A DNA stretch of 63,721 nt, the filler included. It is 5 parts of 5 records of this genome, joined end to end, with 100 filler letters (N's around TTAATTAATTAA, not from the genome) between each part and the next. Parts side by side here need not be neighbours in the genome. Positions count along the whole stretch, not along the records: positions 25,634 to 53,638 come from SRR20825010_819; positions 53,739 to 59,829 come from SRR20825010_825; 3 more parts are not named here. One strand, given 5' to 3'. Shown here one piece after another: positions 47,293 through 57,588 of the stretch. The translations under genes and the position numbers were made by a program. Under the pieces are notes generated by a model. It did not search any database. It had not been told where the DNA came from and worked only from the letters and a program-made list of their open reading frames with translations. Positions within the stretch are counted from its first letter, which is position 1. Each line of letters begins with the position of its first letter.

Positions 47293-49623
47293 TTAGTGAA
47301 CGCCGACCTGGATCTTCTGGAACAGGAACTCGTGGAGCGAGTCCGACATCAGCGGTACGTAAGAGACCAGCAGCAGCGCAGTCAGCATCACCGCGATCGG
47401 CAGCAGGAACTTCTCGTAGCGGCGGTAGAAGCTGCCACCCGGTACCTTGGCGGATTCCACTTCCTCGTCCCCGACCACTTGCCTTGTCAGCAGGTGGTTC
47501 AGTGCCACAGGGGGCGACAGATAACCCAGCTCAAAGGCCACCAGGGTGATCATCCAGAAGTGTAATGGCGCAATACCATTGTCAAAGGCAATTTGGGCAA
47601 TGGTTGCGTTGACCAGAATCACCGCCCCGTAGGGGTCCATGATCATGCCGATAATCACCATGGTGACGACCAGAAGGGTCATGGCCAGCCAGATGCTCGG
47701 GAACGTCTCAGGCAGCATTTCCATGACGCCGGAACGCTCGATAATACCGCCGACACTGACCGACAGGGCCATCAGCATCAGCAGAGCGCCAATATGGCCG
47801 GTAGTCTCGTTGGTCGCAAAGCGCAATGAGCTTTCCATCTTGTCGCCCACGCCAGGCTCTGGCTGATAATGCGGATCCATATCCGGGGTTTTCACCAGAT
47901 AATGAGTCACCAGGCAGGCGCCAAGGATGACATTACGCCAGAACAGTCCCCAGAACAGGCCTTCCAGTTGCTCTGCAGAGGTGCCGGTGGGAATGGCGCC
48001 GCTGTTCAGTGCTTCATTGATAATCCACAGGTTATAGCAGGAGTGGATCAGCAGTGGTACCAGGACCACGGTGAACACGTGCAGGGATTTCTGGCTCAGT
48101 TTTTCGTACGCCAGGATAGACAGCAGCATCACTGGCAGAATAATCGGTGCATAGTTTTCGTTCAGTTCCGTATCCAGCAGATCGCGGAAGAGTACGACAA
48201 CCGTCCCCATGATGATCACATAGGGCAGCAGCGGGATCAGTCGTTTCAGGCTCTGGGGAACTGCTTCCGAGAACGGCGCAATACGTGCCGGGGCGGTACG
48301 GGCAAACTGGCTGTAAATGAAGAACAAGAGCAGCGACAGACCGAAGATTTTCAGGCCGGAAGTGAAGAGTTCATCGGTGGTTACACTGTTGTTCAGAGCC
48401 GCGATGATAACCACCAGCAAACAGGGGCGAAGAACCACACCCATTGAGCCGGACATGGCCGTGGCTGCCAATGCAAGTTGCTTGCGAGCGCCGGCACGAA
48501 CCAGTTCGTTATAAATGGTGGCACCCGCAGCGATAACGAAGATACCGGAGGCGCCGGTGTAGGCTGTGGGCACAGCGGCAACCGCCAGAACAACGAAACA
48601 CATCAGCTCTGGTGACATTTTCCAGGGGCGAAGCACGTCGAACACCAGGTGCGCCATCTTGGTCTGGCGCAGCAGCATACCAATCCAGATATACAGCGCC
48701 AGGCTCAGGAACAGTGTAGACAACTCCATCATCATGCCGAGATAGACGCTAATGCCGTGGTAGTAACCCTGGCTGATGAACTGTGCACCGGCGGTAAGAC
48801 ACATGAAGCTGTACAGCGGAATGGTCAACATCGCCTTGCCCCAGGTGCCGCCTTCCTCAAGGTCTTTGGGTGGGCGAATCAGCTGGTAGAGAGCGGCCAG
48901 AGACAGCAGCAGGAAGCCTGCGATCCAGAACTGGTGCAGATAGAAATGGTTAACCTGAACCCCGTCGGCCATGGCGCTGACTTCTTCGCCACGGTATAGC
49001 CAGGCTGACATGAGTAGCATGACATTGGCGGCCAGCTGCCCCACGCTGGAAACAAAGTGATCTTTTCGCGTGTGTGCCGGGCGCAGTGAAATATGATGGC
49101 GACTCAAGGTGGCGGTCGCGGCACAGATCATCACCAGCAGGCAAAGCAGCAGGCGTTTGTAGTTACCCAGGGTGGTAACAACTTTGGCAACGCCGCCTTC
49201 CAGGGTTCGGAAGGCAATCACACCGGGGGTGGCCTTCTCCTGAATAAGCTCGTAACGCTCCCACTTGCCTCGACAGTTCGCCCTGGAAGATTCCAGCGAC
49301 TTGCGCAGCGCAGTTTCGTCGACGTCTGTGCCGAAGATGCCAGCGAGCGGGTCGTCAGCCATTTGCTGCTTTTTCTGCTTGATGGCTTTTTCCAGCTCCT
49401 GGTTCAGGTCTGGGTCACGGTTACAGGTGGGTTGTTCCACCATGCCCGCGCCACGCAGCAGGAAATAGCCTTCCCAGGTATTTTCGCCGATTTTCAGTAG
49501 CTGAGAGTGAATGACTTCGCCGGAAGCCAGAAAAATAGTCAGCAGAAGAAGAATCAGGGTGGGAAGGGAGGATAACCATTCCGCCACGGAACGGTTTGCA
49601 ACAGTCAGAGAAGGTTTATCCAT
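47293..49623 (-). CDS. TRAP transporter fused permease (DctQ-like + DctM)
   Basis: 776 aa polytopic protein; PTAYTGASG, SGSMGVVLRP, GMIMDPYGA, ELGYLSPPVALN DctM-type hairpin motifs. Confidence 0.85.
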   Translation of the reverse strand: MDKPSLTVANRSVAEWLSSLPTLILLLLTIFLASGEVIHSQLLKIGENTWEGYFLLRGAGMVEQPTCNRDPDLNQELEKAIKQKKQQMADDPLAGIFGTDVDETALRKSLESSRANCRGKWERYELIQEKATPGVIAFRTLEGGVAKVVTTLGNYKRLLLCLLVMICAATATLSRHHISLRPAHTRKDHFVSSVGQLAANVMLLMSAWLYRGEEVSAMADGVQVNHFYLHQFWIAGFLLLSLAALYQLIRPPKDLEEGGTWGKAMLTIPLYSFMCLTAGAQFISQGYYHGISVYLGMMMELSTLFLSLALYIWIGMLLRQTKMAHLVFDVLRPWKMSPELMCFVVLAVAAVPTAYTGASGIFVIAAGATIYNELVRAGARKQLALAATAMSGSMGVVLRPCLLVVIIAALNNSVTTDELFTSGLKIFGLSLLLFFIYSQFARTAPARIAPFSEAVPQSLKRLIPLLPYVIIMGTVVVLFRDLLDTELNENYAPIILPVMLLSILAYEKLSQKSLHVFTVVLVPLLIHSCYNLWIINEALNSGAIPTGTSAEQLEGLFWGLFWRNVILGACLVTHYLVKTPDMDPHYQPEPGVGDKMESSLRFATNETTGHIGALLMLMALSVSVGGIIERSGVMEMLPETFPSIWLAMTLLVVTMVIIGMIMDPYGAVILVNATIAQIAFDNGIAPLHFWMITLVAFELGYLSPPVALNHLLTRQVVGDEEVESAKVPGGSFYRRYEKFLLPIAVMLTALLLVSYVPLMSDSLHEFLFQKIQVGVH

Positions 49624-49818
49624 TGTGCACCCGGTTATTGTTATACCGCCGAGAAAACTGAAGAGGTGAGGGCATCAGAGAGTTCAGCGCCTTATCCTCC
49701 GCATTGTGTAGCGGTGTAAACGTTTCGTTTACCTGTTGCCCGAAGAGCGGGTAACAGAAACTCTTGTCGTTAGGGAAAAACGGGGCCAGCAGGCCCCGTT
49801 GGATCGTATATAACTGTT

Positions 49819-50835
49819 TTACTCGACAGGATTGACACATTCTGCGCGGGACGCTTCGTGCTTGCAGCGTACCTTGCGCAACAGGGACATCATGTCTTTG
49901 CTGTATGTGCCGTCTTTGGTGAGGGCGATGCGCGCTTCGCGAAGCATTTCGTCATAGCGCAGCTTGTCGGCTTCGGGAATGCGAATCCACCATTTCTTGT
50001 TCACTTCGCTGTTGGCGTTTTCGATCACGCGCATGGCGCGGTCAAACTGACCCAGCATGTATTTACGCGATTGTGCTGCGAAGTCGGCGGGGAATTTGTC
50101 TTTCTTCAGGATGACCTGGGCGGTCAACTGACCGAGGACATAATCAATGATGCCACCATCAGGTTGCATGCCTTTATACAGTTCCAGAGCGGAATAGGCC
50201 GCAATCGGGGCAAAACAAATATCCACGGAGCCGTTATTGAAACGTCCGGAGAAGTTGGTGATGTCCGACATTACCGGAGACATGCCCACGCGGGATGCCA
50301 TGTTGGCCTGGGCTGTATCGTATTCGAGTACCGCAATGGATTTGCCGGACAGTTCGCCAACAGTATCGATGGTGCGATCTTTCACGAACAGGTAGGCCGC
50401 GCCCATGGGGGCAACGCCACCTACTTCGTAGGGGCCGGAAACCAGTTTTTCATTGATGGCCGGGTTGCCGCTGGCGAGCACGGTGATAACAGTGCGCATG
50501 GCGTCATAGCTGGGGATCGCGCCGATGGAGTCCATGCTGCCAGTGTAATTGTTGAACTGACGACCACGGATCCCTGTGAGGACGGCGGCATCACACTGGC
50601 CGGCTTTCAGGTCTTCGGAGGCAATTTTTTCATCAGTGTAGGGCTTGAGTTCAAGATCCACACCCCAATCCAGGGCGGCGGTCTTGTAGTCCTTCATGAT
50701 GTTATAGATATCGCCGTTGGCACCGATAATATCGAATACGCACATGGTGCGTTTCTCGGCAGCCTGGGCGGCGGGGGTGAACGTCAATGCCAGAGCGGCA
50801 GTGGCGGCTGCAGTTAACGCTTTAACGTAGCGCAT
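49819..50835 (-). CDS. DctP-like solute-binding protein (DUF6091/AdeT-like)
   Basis: Signal peptide ...AAQA, CVFDIIG, SEDLKAGQCD, RFNNGSVD, LELYKG; upstream of the TRAP permease. Confidence 0.82.
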   Translation of the reverse strand: MRYVKALTAAATAALALTFTPAAQAAEKRTMCVFDIIGANGDIYNIMKDYKTAALDWGVDLELKPYTDEKIASEDLKAGQCDAAVLTGIRGRQFNNYTGSMDSIGAIPSYDAMRTVITVLASGNPAINEKLVSGPYEVGGVAPMGAAYLFVKDRTIDTVGELSGKSIAVLEYDTAQANMASRVGMSPVMSDITNFSGRFNNGSVDICFAPIAAYSALELYKGMQPDGGIIDYVLGQLTAQVILKKDKFPADFAAQSRKYMLGQFDRAMRVIENANSEVNKKWWIRIPEADKLRYDEMLREARIALTKDGTYSKDMMSLLRKVRCKHEASRAECVNPVE

Positions 50836-50895
50836 AATTGTCTCCTGGTTACTTCTTACAACTTATTCAAAAGCGGCCCGAAGGCCGCAACAGGC

Positions 50896-51924
50896 TTATA
50901 GCAAATCGTCAATATTAACGGAGGGGCCGGATTGGGCTTGGTCATTCCAGAAGGTGCCAATGCCACCGATGGGGGTACGTTTACCTGTATTTTCAGTCCA
51001 CTCGCGATCTGAGATGCCCTGAACGATGAAGCCGGCAATGGCATCCAGCATGGCGTAATCCGGGTTCAGGTTCTGGTCGTTGGCGGCGTAGTCGCGGATG
51101 GCCTTGCGCAGACGCTCATCATTGCCTTTGCTGAACGCGCTCATGGCGTAGAGGGCGCTACCCAGACGGATACCGCTGTCGAAACCGGCCTTGGCTGAGG
51201 CTTCCAGTTCGGCCCATGCGTCGGCGTTTGGCGGAGCCAGCATCGGCAGCAGGTTCCAGACTGCAGCACGGGTGCCGCGGGGCACGCCCCACCACTTGTC
51301 GTTCTCCAGGCACTTCATGTTGCGCTCGACCTTGGCGGCGAGATCGCGGGGAACGCCTACTGCACCATCGGATGCACCATCATTGAGCAGGGCTTGAACG
51401 CCGGAGATGTTGCCGACCATCCATACCAGCTCGTCGAAGTCGGTTTTCAGTTTCGGGCATTCGCCGTCTTTCATATCGCCGTAGGCTTCAACCATGTAGT
51501 TGTAAGCCTTGTACTGGCGATCAGCGGCAACAGCGGACCAGCGTTTCTGCTCGATGCGGGCATCCTGAGCCTCGCTTACCCGCCCATCTTTCACTGAGCG
51601 CATGTAGCGCAATTCAGAGTCGAGGGCGATTTGTTCGGCACAGGTGGCGGCGACGGTGAATACCATGGCGCCAAGCTTGCTGGGGTCAGAGCCAACTCGC
51701 TCGAAAGACATCAGTAGCGGGGTTTGGGCTTCACCGGTGACACACGCCATGCGTACGTCGTTGTAGGTCATCATGTAGGGCAGCATTTCGGATCGACCGA
51801 AGCTGATGAGGACATCGCCGGTGGTTTTGTAGATGACGCCACAGCCTTGCAGAGCCAGGATGGCGCCCCCTACCAAGGCCAGACCGGAATGTCGTAGCAT
51901 TTTTTTCATGGAAAGAGAACCCAT
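50896..51924 (-). CDS. Helical lipoprotein, putative TatT-like TRAP accessory component
   Basis: Lipobox LALQGC; predominantly helical; first gene of lipoprotein-P-QM operon (function inferred from context). Confidence 0.6.
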   Translation of the reverse strand: MGSLSMKKMLRHSGLALVGGAILALQGCGVIYKTTGDVLISFGRSEMLPYMMTYNDVRMACVTGEAQTPLLMSFERVGSDPSKLGAMVFTVAATCAEQIALDSELRYMRSVKDGRVSEAQDARIEQKRWSAVAADRQYKAYNYMVEAYGDMKDGECPKLKTDFDELVWMVGNISGVQALLNDGASDGAVGVPRDLAAKVERNMKCLENDKWWGVPRGTRAAVWNLLPMLAPPNADAWAELEASAKAGFDSGIRLGSALYAMSAFSKGNDERLRKAIRDYAANDQNLNPDYAMLDAIAGFIVQGISDREWTENTGKRTPIGGIGTFWNDQAQSGPSVNIDDLL

Positions 51925-52098
51925 TCGTTAGCTCCTTGTTATTGTTCTCACATAGCGCGGTCAAAGGTACGAAAGTCCGCCAATTGGCACAAGCGGCAAT
52001 TACAAAAAAGCCTGCAAACAATTACAAACAATAAATTTGCTATATCATGGATTGTGTTCATCAACCCATGGAATCTACAGGGAAAATACGATTTTATT

Positions 52099-53460
52099 AT
52101 GAGTGACCACAGTGGCGTTAAAGACATGCGGGCCTGGCTGGCGGGCGAACGGAGTGGCCTTTCCCTGGCATTGAATACCGCCCGGGGTGGGCTGCGTATT
52201 CTCGAAACGCTCGGCGTCCTGGGTCGCCAGGGACTCGGTTGGGCTCTGGGGGATCGCCCGCCAGTGCCGGCTTTGCTGCGCACGACCTTCGAATCCCTGG
52301 GGACCACTTACATCAAGCTAGGGCAGTTTATTGCCAGCTCTCCATCGATTTTCCCTGAAGAGTATGTAGAAGAGTTCCAGCGCTGCCTGGACCGTACGCC
52401 CCCCCTACCTTTTCATTACATTCGCGAAACCATTGAATCCGAGCTGGGCGCCAGCCTTGAATCGCTCTATCAATTTGTGGATCCCAAACCATTGGCCAGT
52501 GCGTCAATTGCACAGGTTCATGCAGCAAAGATGAAGAACGGCCAGGACGTGGTTATCAAGGTTCAGCGTCCGGGTGTGAAGAATGTACTGCTCACAGATT
52601 TCAATTTTCTTTATTTCGCCGCGCGGATTACCGAGCAATTGGCGCCGGGTTTGTCCCGGTCGGCCATTTCCGGGGTCATTGAAGAATTGCAGGCCGGCAT
52701 GCTGGAAGAGTGTGATTTCATCAAGGAAGCGAACAACCTGAAGGCGTTCAACGTGTTTTTGCGCGACACCGGGAATACCCAGGCGGTGGCGCCGGAGCCG
52801 ATCATGTCGCACACCACAGGCAAGGTGTTGACCATGGAGCGTTTCTTCGGCGTGCCGCTGACGGATATGAATGTACTTAAAAAGTATACCGACGATCCGG
52901 CAGGCACCTTGATCTCCGCCCTTAATACCTGGTTCTCCAGTCTTATGTTGTGTGACTTCTTCCATGCAGATGTGCATGCCGGAAACCTGATGTTGCTGGA
53001 AGATGGCCGGGTAGGGTTTATCGATTTTGGTATCGTCGGGCGGATACGCCGTGAAGCCTGGGATGGCATGGCCACCTTTTTTGACGCCATTGGTCGCGGT
53101 GATGTGCGCCAGATGGCAGAAGCCATGGCCGTGATTGGCATGACCCGTGAAGAGGTGGATGTCGAGGCGCTGGCCCGGGACATTGAGGGGCTGCAAGGCT
53201 CGCTGGGTCAGGTGGACCCGTCTTCACTGGTGCAGGCGGACCGCAACGACAAGGAGGTGAATCGTCTGCTGATGGATATCGTCAAAATTGGTGAGAGCCA
53301 CGGTATCCGTTTCCCGCGAGAGTTTGCCTTGTTGCTGAAACAGTTCCTCTATTTCGACCGTTATGTGCAGGTGCTGGCACCGGAAATGGATATGTTCAGT
53401 GATAACCGTGTAGACATGTTCGGTGCCGTTGACGAAATGCCGGGTGGTTTTCTGCACTAA
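52099..53460 (+). CDS. ABC1/AarF/UbiB kinase family protein
   Basis: LGTTYIKLGQF, PLASASIAQVH, VVIKVQRPG, FFHADVHAGN, IDFGIVG; start ATG 52099 probable. Confidence 0.92.
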   Translation: MSDHSGVKDMRAWLAGERSGLSLALNTARGGLRILETLGVLGRQGLGWALGDRPPVPALLRTTFESLGTTYIKLGQFIASSPSIFPEEYVEEFQRCLDRTPPLPFHYIRETIESELGASLESLYQFVDPKPLASASIAQVHAAKMKNGQDVVIKVQRPGVKNVLLTDFNFLYFAARITEQLAPGLSRSAISGVIEELQAGMLEECDFIKEANNLKAFNVFLRDTGNTQAVAPEPIMSHTTGKVLTMERFFGVPLTDMNVLKKYTDDPAGTLISALNTWFSSLMLCDFFHADVHAGNLMLLEDGRVGFIDFGIVGRIRREAWDGMATFFDAIGRGDVRQMAEAMAVIGMTREEVDVEALARDIEGLQGSLGQVDPSSLVQADRNDKEVNRLLMDIVKIGESHGIRFPREFALLLKQFLYFDRYVQVLAPEMDMFSDNRVDMFGAVDEMPGGFLH

Positions 53461-53488
53461 TAGCAGCAAGCTATGACCTATGAGCCAC

Positions 53489-53523
53489 AAAAAAAACCGT
53501 ACCTTCTCGGGTACGGTTTTTTT
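53489..53523. terminator. Intrinsic terminator
   Basis: AAAAAAAACCGTACC-ttctcg-GGTACGGTTTTTTT. Confidence 0.88.
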
Positions 53524-53538
53524 GTTTGGGCCTTGATG

Positions 53539-53638
53539 CGAGTGACGAGTAACGAGTTTTGAAAATCAAGAGATGGCGTTGTCAGCCTGGTGTTACTGCT
53601 TTTTGCTCTTCGAAACTCGAAACTCGAAACTCGAAACT
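53539..53638. repeat. Heptamer repeats in inverted arrangement at contig end
   Basis: CGAGTGA CGAGTAA CGAGTTT (53539-53559) and (CGAAACT)4 (53611-53638), whose unit AAACTCG is the reverse complement of CGAGTTT. Confidence 0.8.
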
Positions 53639-53738
53639 NNNNNNNNNNNNNNNNNNNNNNNNNNNNNNNNNNNNNNNNNNNNTTAATTAATTAANNNNNN
53701 NNNNNNNNNNNNNNNNNNNNNNNNNNNNNNNNNNNNNN
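53639..53738. other. Artificial contig linker
   Basis: N-run with TTAATTAATTAA. Confidence 0.99.
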
Positions 53739-55601
53739 AGCTTCTTCTTCAACAGCTTCTTCTTCAACGGCAGTTTCTTCAACAGCCTCTTCTTCAATAA
53801 CAGCTTCTTCGCTGGTTTCTGAAGGCATTGTAAACAGAGGAGCATCACCACCGGTTCCGCCCATCAGTTCCTTACGAGGTGCACCTGCAGTTGCAGGTTC
53901 TCCACCTTCACCAGAAGCAGCTTCTTCTTCGATAGGTTCTTCGAGTTTGCGGCTCAAGCCAATCTTGCGATCGTCGGTGTCAACACGCAGAATTTTTACA
54001 TCCAGCTTTTCACCAACTTTGACGATGTCTTCTGGATTTTCCACCTTATGATCTGCCAGTTCAGAGATGTGCAGCAGACCTTCGAGTTCTTCTTCCAGTT
54101 CAACGAATACACCGAAGTTGGTGATCTTGGTGACGGTTCCCTGAACAATCGCTCCTGGCTGATATTTCTGAGGAATATCAGTTTCCCAGGGATCTGAAGC
54201 CAACTGCTTCAGACCCAGTGCAATACGCTTACGTTCTTCGTCAACAGAAATAACCAGGCACTCGATTTCGTCGCCTTTCTTCATGACTTCACTGGCATGA
54301 GAAATCTTACGTGTCCAGGACATATCGCTCACATGCAGCAGACCATCGACACCTTCTTCGAGTTCGATGAAGGCCCCGTAGTTGGTCAGATTGCGAACAG
54401 TACCTTTGACCTGAGCCCCTTCCGGGTACTTCTTGGTGACTTCGTCCCATGGGTTGGACTGAGTCTGCTTCATACCCAGAGAGATTTCCTGCTTGTCTTT
54501 GTTGACGCCCAGGACAACAACTTCGACTTCATCGCCGATGTTGACCAGTTCACTGGGGTGATTGATGCGTTTGGTCCAGGACATTTCACTGATGTGAACC
54601 AGACCTTCAATACCATCTTCCAGTTTCACGAATGCACCGTAGGACATCACGTTGACAACGTGACCAGTGACTTTGGTACCAACAGGGTACTTGGATTCGA
54701 CCAGTTCCCAGGGGCTGGGTGATTTCTGTTTCAGACCCAGAGCGATCTTCTCTTTATCGCGATCAACACTCAGGATCATGACTTCGATTTCGTCATCAAT
54801 TTTGACGATCTCTGTAGGATGATTAATACGTCCCCAGCTCATGTCGGTAATGTGTAACAGACCATCGATGCCGCCCAGATCGACGAAGGCACCAAAATCG
54901 GCGATGTTTTTGACAATCCCCTTGACGATCTGACCTTCTTCGATTTTGCTGAGCAGGTCCTGTTTGAGTTTTTCGCGTTTTTCTTCGATGAGCTTACGAC
55001 GCGAAACAACGATGTTGCGACGGGCTTCATCAATTTTCAGGATCACACACTCAATGGTACGACCAATGTAGTTGGCAATATCTGAAGGACGACGGATATC
55101 GACCTGGCTGGCGGGCAGGAAGACATTGACGCCGATATTGATCAGCAAACCACCTTTGATTTTGCGAACCACAGTACCGGAGACCACATCGCCTTCGGCG
55201 TGCGTCGCGATGACTTTTTCCCATTCGCGAATCCGGTCTGCTTTCCGCTTGGAGAGCATGGTTAAGCCGAATTCATCTTCTACTTCTTCGAGCAGTACCT
55301 GAACCTTATCGCCGGCCTTGGGAGGTTCTTCTTCCTCAGACCACTCATCAATGTGAACGACACCTTCGCTCTTGAATCCGATGTCGACGAGAACCTCTTC
55401 TCCGTCCACACTCAGAATCACGCCATCAATAATCTGATTGACATCATAGGCACAGGACACGGAAGCATACACGTCATCCAGTACCCAGTCGTTTTCTTCA
55501 CCTTCCGCATCGGCATCAACTGCCGGCATGACCTCGGCGAACGCGGCATCCAGATCTTCATCGGAAATACTAAACTCTCGAATTAAATTACGATCAACCA
55601 T
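53739..55601 (-). CDS. rpsA: 30S ribosomal protein S1, 3'-truncated in its acidic tail
   Basis: Repeated S1 domains (FGAFVDLGGIDGLLHITDMSW etc.), DIGFKSEG, FLPASQVD; EEEAV repeats run into the gap. Confidence 0.96.
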
Positions 55602-56085
55602 ACTTAAAAAAGTCCAACTACACTTAAAATTTCGAAATTATATTCCTGCAGGAAAGTCAGTCTCATTTTGATATCAGGGGACCAGGGATCTGAAATCCTT
55701 TAGATCAGCCGTCCCAGTGTTACAATAGCTTCTCTTCGTTAACGACTCTGAGATACCACAAGGGGTGTCAGAATTTCCGTCAACCTGCCAATGAACACGA
55801 ACTGACAATCGAAAAAAAAAGCGAAGAGATCAGAGAATCTCCCGCAACCATCCAGTGAATATTAACTTCTCCAAAACCAGTTGTCTCACTTTGTGGTCAA
55901 TGCCCAACGCATTGATCAATACACCCAGGAGATCAGTCCAGCAAATATATCAGAACCATTTGATTTAATTCCACCCATATAGGCGGCAGAATGTGATGAA
56001 ATCGCTGATTTCTTCTATTTTTTCATCGATTCTGGTTCTGGCAGGCCATCCTGATCAGAGGAGACTGAAGGCATCTTTTTCAACA

Positions 56086-57270
56086 TCATGAAAACCGCGA
56101 ATGAGGTGCGGAGTGGATTACAGCGGGGGCCTGTTCAGTTAGTTTCGTGATTTTCTGTCTCACGGCATCAACTGAATTCGAATTATTCAAAATCGAGACT
56201 TCAAATTCCGTCTCATAACTGTCTCCAGGATCAAGGTTCTTAAGTCGTCCCCGTTCCCGCTCATCTGCGCGAAAATTCGGGAAATTAATGCCTGGTTCCA
56301 GACCAGTCACATACCCACTCGCCTCAGGCTGCGTATTCTTCCAGAGGGTAAAGCAGGGCAGAGTCGACTTCTTGAAATTCACCAGAAATCCCATCTCCCC
56401 CCCTTTATTGGCGAGCAACGCAGGAGAAAAACCATTCTCATCAGCAACGGGTTCTAAATAATATACCTGTTCGGCATATCCCGACGTTGGCCCCAGATAG
56501 GTTTTAAATTCATTCACACCTTCCGCAGCACGTGGATCCCGAGGAGCCATCTCTGCAAAAGGCATGGTAAATTGTGCGCCCTCTTCGAGGAATGGATCCC
56601 CCACATTAATATGATACAAAAGTTCAGATTCAACATTGTCGGCGCCAGGATTGGTAACTCGATCACGAATTCGAAACTTGTTCGACCCCAGTTGTGTCTC
56701 GAGAGTTGATTCCAGCAACAACTGGCTGCCAAACAACATGCCTTCTTCCACTTTCCCAGTAACTCTGATCCAACCACCATCCTCAGGATCAAGTGTGACA
56801 CTCACAAAATGAGCGGGTGTATTAGCAATCCGTCCATGCAGCGTCAAATCTGATTCCAGAGGATTCCCGGAAGGATCCTTTCCGGGTGGACCAATTGAAA
56901 GCAGGCCACAACGGCAGATCAGTTCGTTGAACCCACTAAGCCAGCCCAGGCCGCCACGTTCAGAAAGATTCACATAAGCTGGATTGACAGGGGACTTCAC
57001 CGGTGACTGCCATCCGAGAGGAGTTCCCTGAAAATCTCCCTTCCAGACTCCCATGCCCCTTGTCGGCACAATTGAGAGCGATAATGCCCCATTATTAACC
57101 GTAATCAGGTCAACCCCCTCGGAAGCCCCTCCATGCAATTGCTGCTTCTGAATGAACCAGTCAGGGTCTCTGGAAAATTCAGGATGGGTCTTCGCATTGA
57201 ACAGAGTTTCTTCGATCCAGGTTTGAGAACTCACATCAGTGAACAGAACTGTTGTGGATTTCATGAGCAC
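56086..57270 (-). CDS. DUF4432 / aldose 1-epimerase-like protein
   Basis: LHGGASEGVD, PTRGMG, LGWQSPV, TLHGRIAN, LLYHIN, YVTGLEPG. Confidence 0.85.
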   Translation of the reverse strand: MLMKSTTVLFTDVSSQTWIEETLFNAKTHPEFSRDPDWFIQKQQLHGGASEGVDLITVNNGALSLSIVPTRGMGVWKGDFQGTPLGWQSPVKSPVNPAYVNLSERGGLGWLSGFNELICRCGLLSIGPPGKDPSGNPLESDLTLHGRIANTPAHFVSVTLDPEDGGWIRVTGKVEEGMLFGSQLLLESTLETQLGSNKFRIRDRVTNPGADNVESELLYHINVGDPFLEEGAQFTMPFAEMAPRDPRAAEGVNEFKTYLGPTSGYAEQVYYLEPVADENGFSPALLANKGGEMGFLVNFKKSTLPCFTLWKNTQPEASGYVTGLEPGINFPNFRADERERGRLKNLDPGDSYETEFEVSILNNSNSVDAVRQKITKLTEQAPAVIHSAPHSRFS

Positions 57271-57588
57271 GCCTTAACAATTGAAAAATCAGTCGTTCAG
57301 TAAACCGTCATAATCAGAATAAGAGCTACGACACGGAGAATCAGTCTGACAGTATGGATAATGTAAACCGGTTTGTTCAACTTCGCCAGTATTGAAAGCA
57401 AAAAGGAAACAGAAACTCCTCTTGCAGTTACCATTTACGACTTATAATACAGAATAAGCTGTTTTAGCACTTAACAGGAGTCACATCGGGAGGCGAGTGT
57501 CAAACTCGTTCTCCACCCGATATAATTTAACGGTCTGCATCCTGAGTTTTTTCATATTCAATATTGTTCTGATAAATTAAAGTTACCC

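Noticed and set aside
53611-53638. Tandem repeats as a possible CRISPR array
   Set aside because: 7-bp units without unique spacers; no cas genes anywhere in the window
53739-53815. EEEAV acidic repeats at the rpsA C-terminus
   Set aside because: Low-complexity tail that probably caused the contig break; no evidence of a separate function
57485-57521. Hairpin upstream of the GT2 gene
   Set aside because: No recognisable riboswitch motif or U-tract; single occurrence
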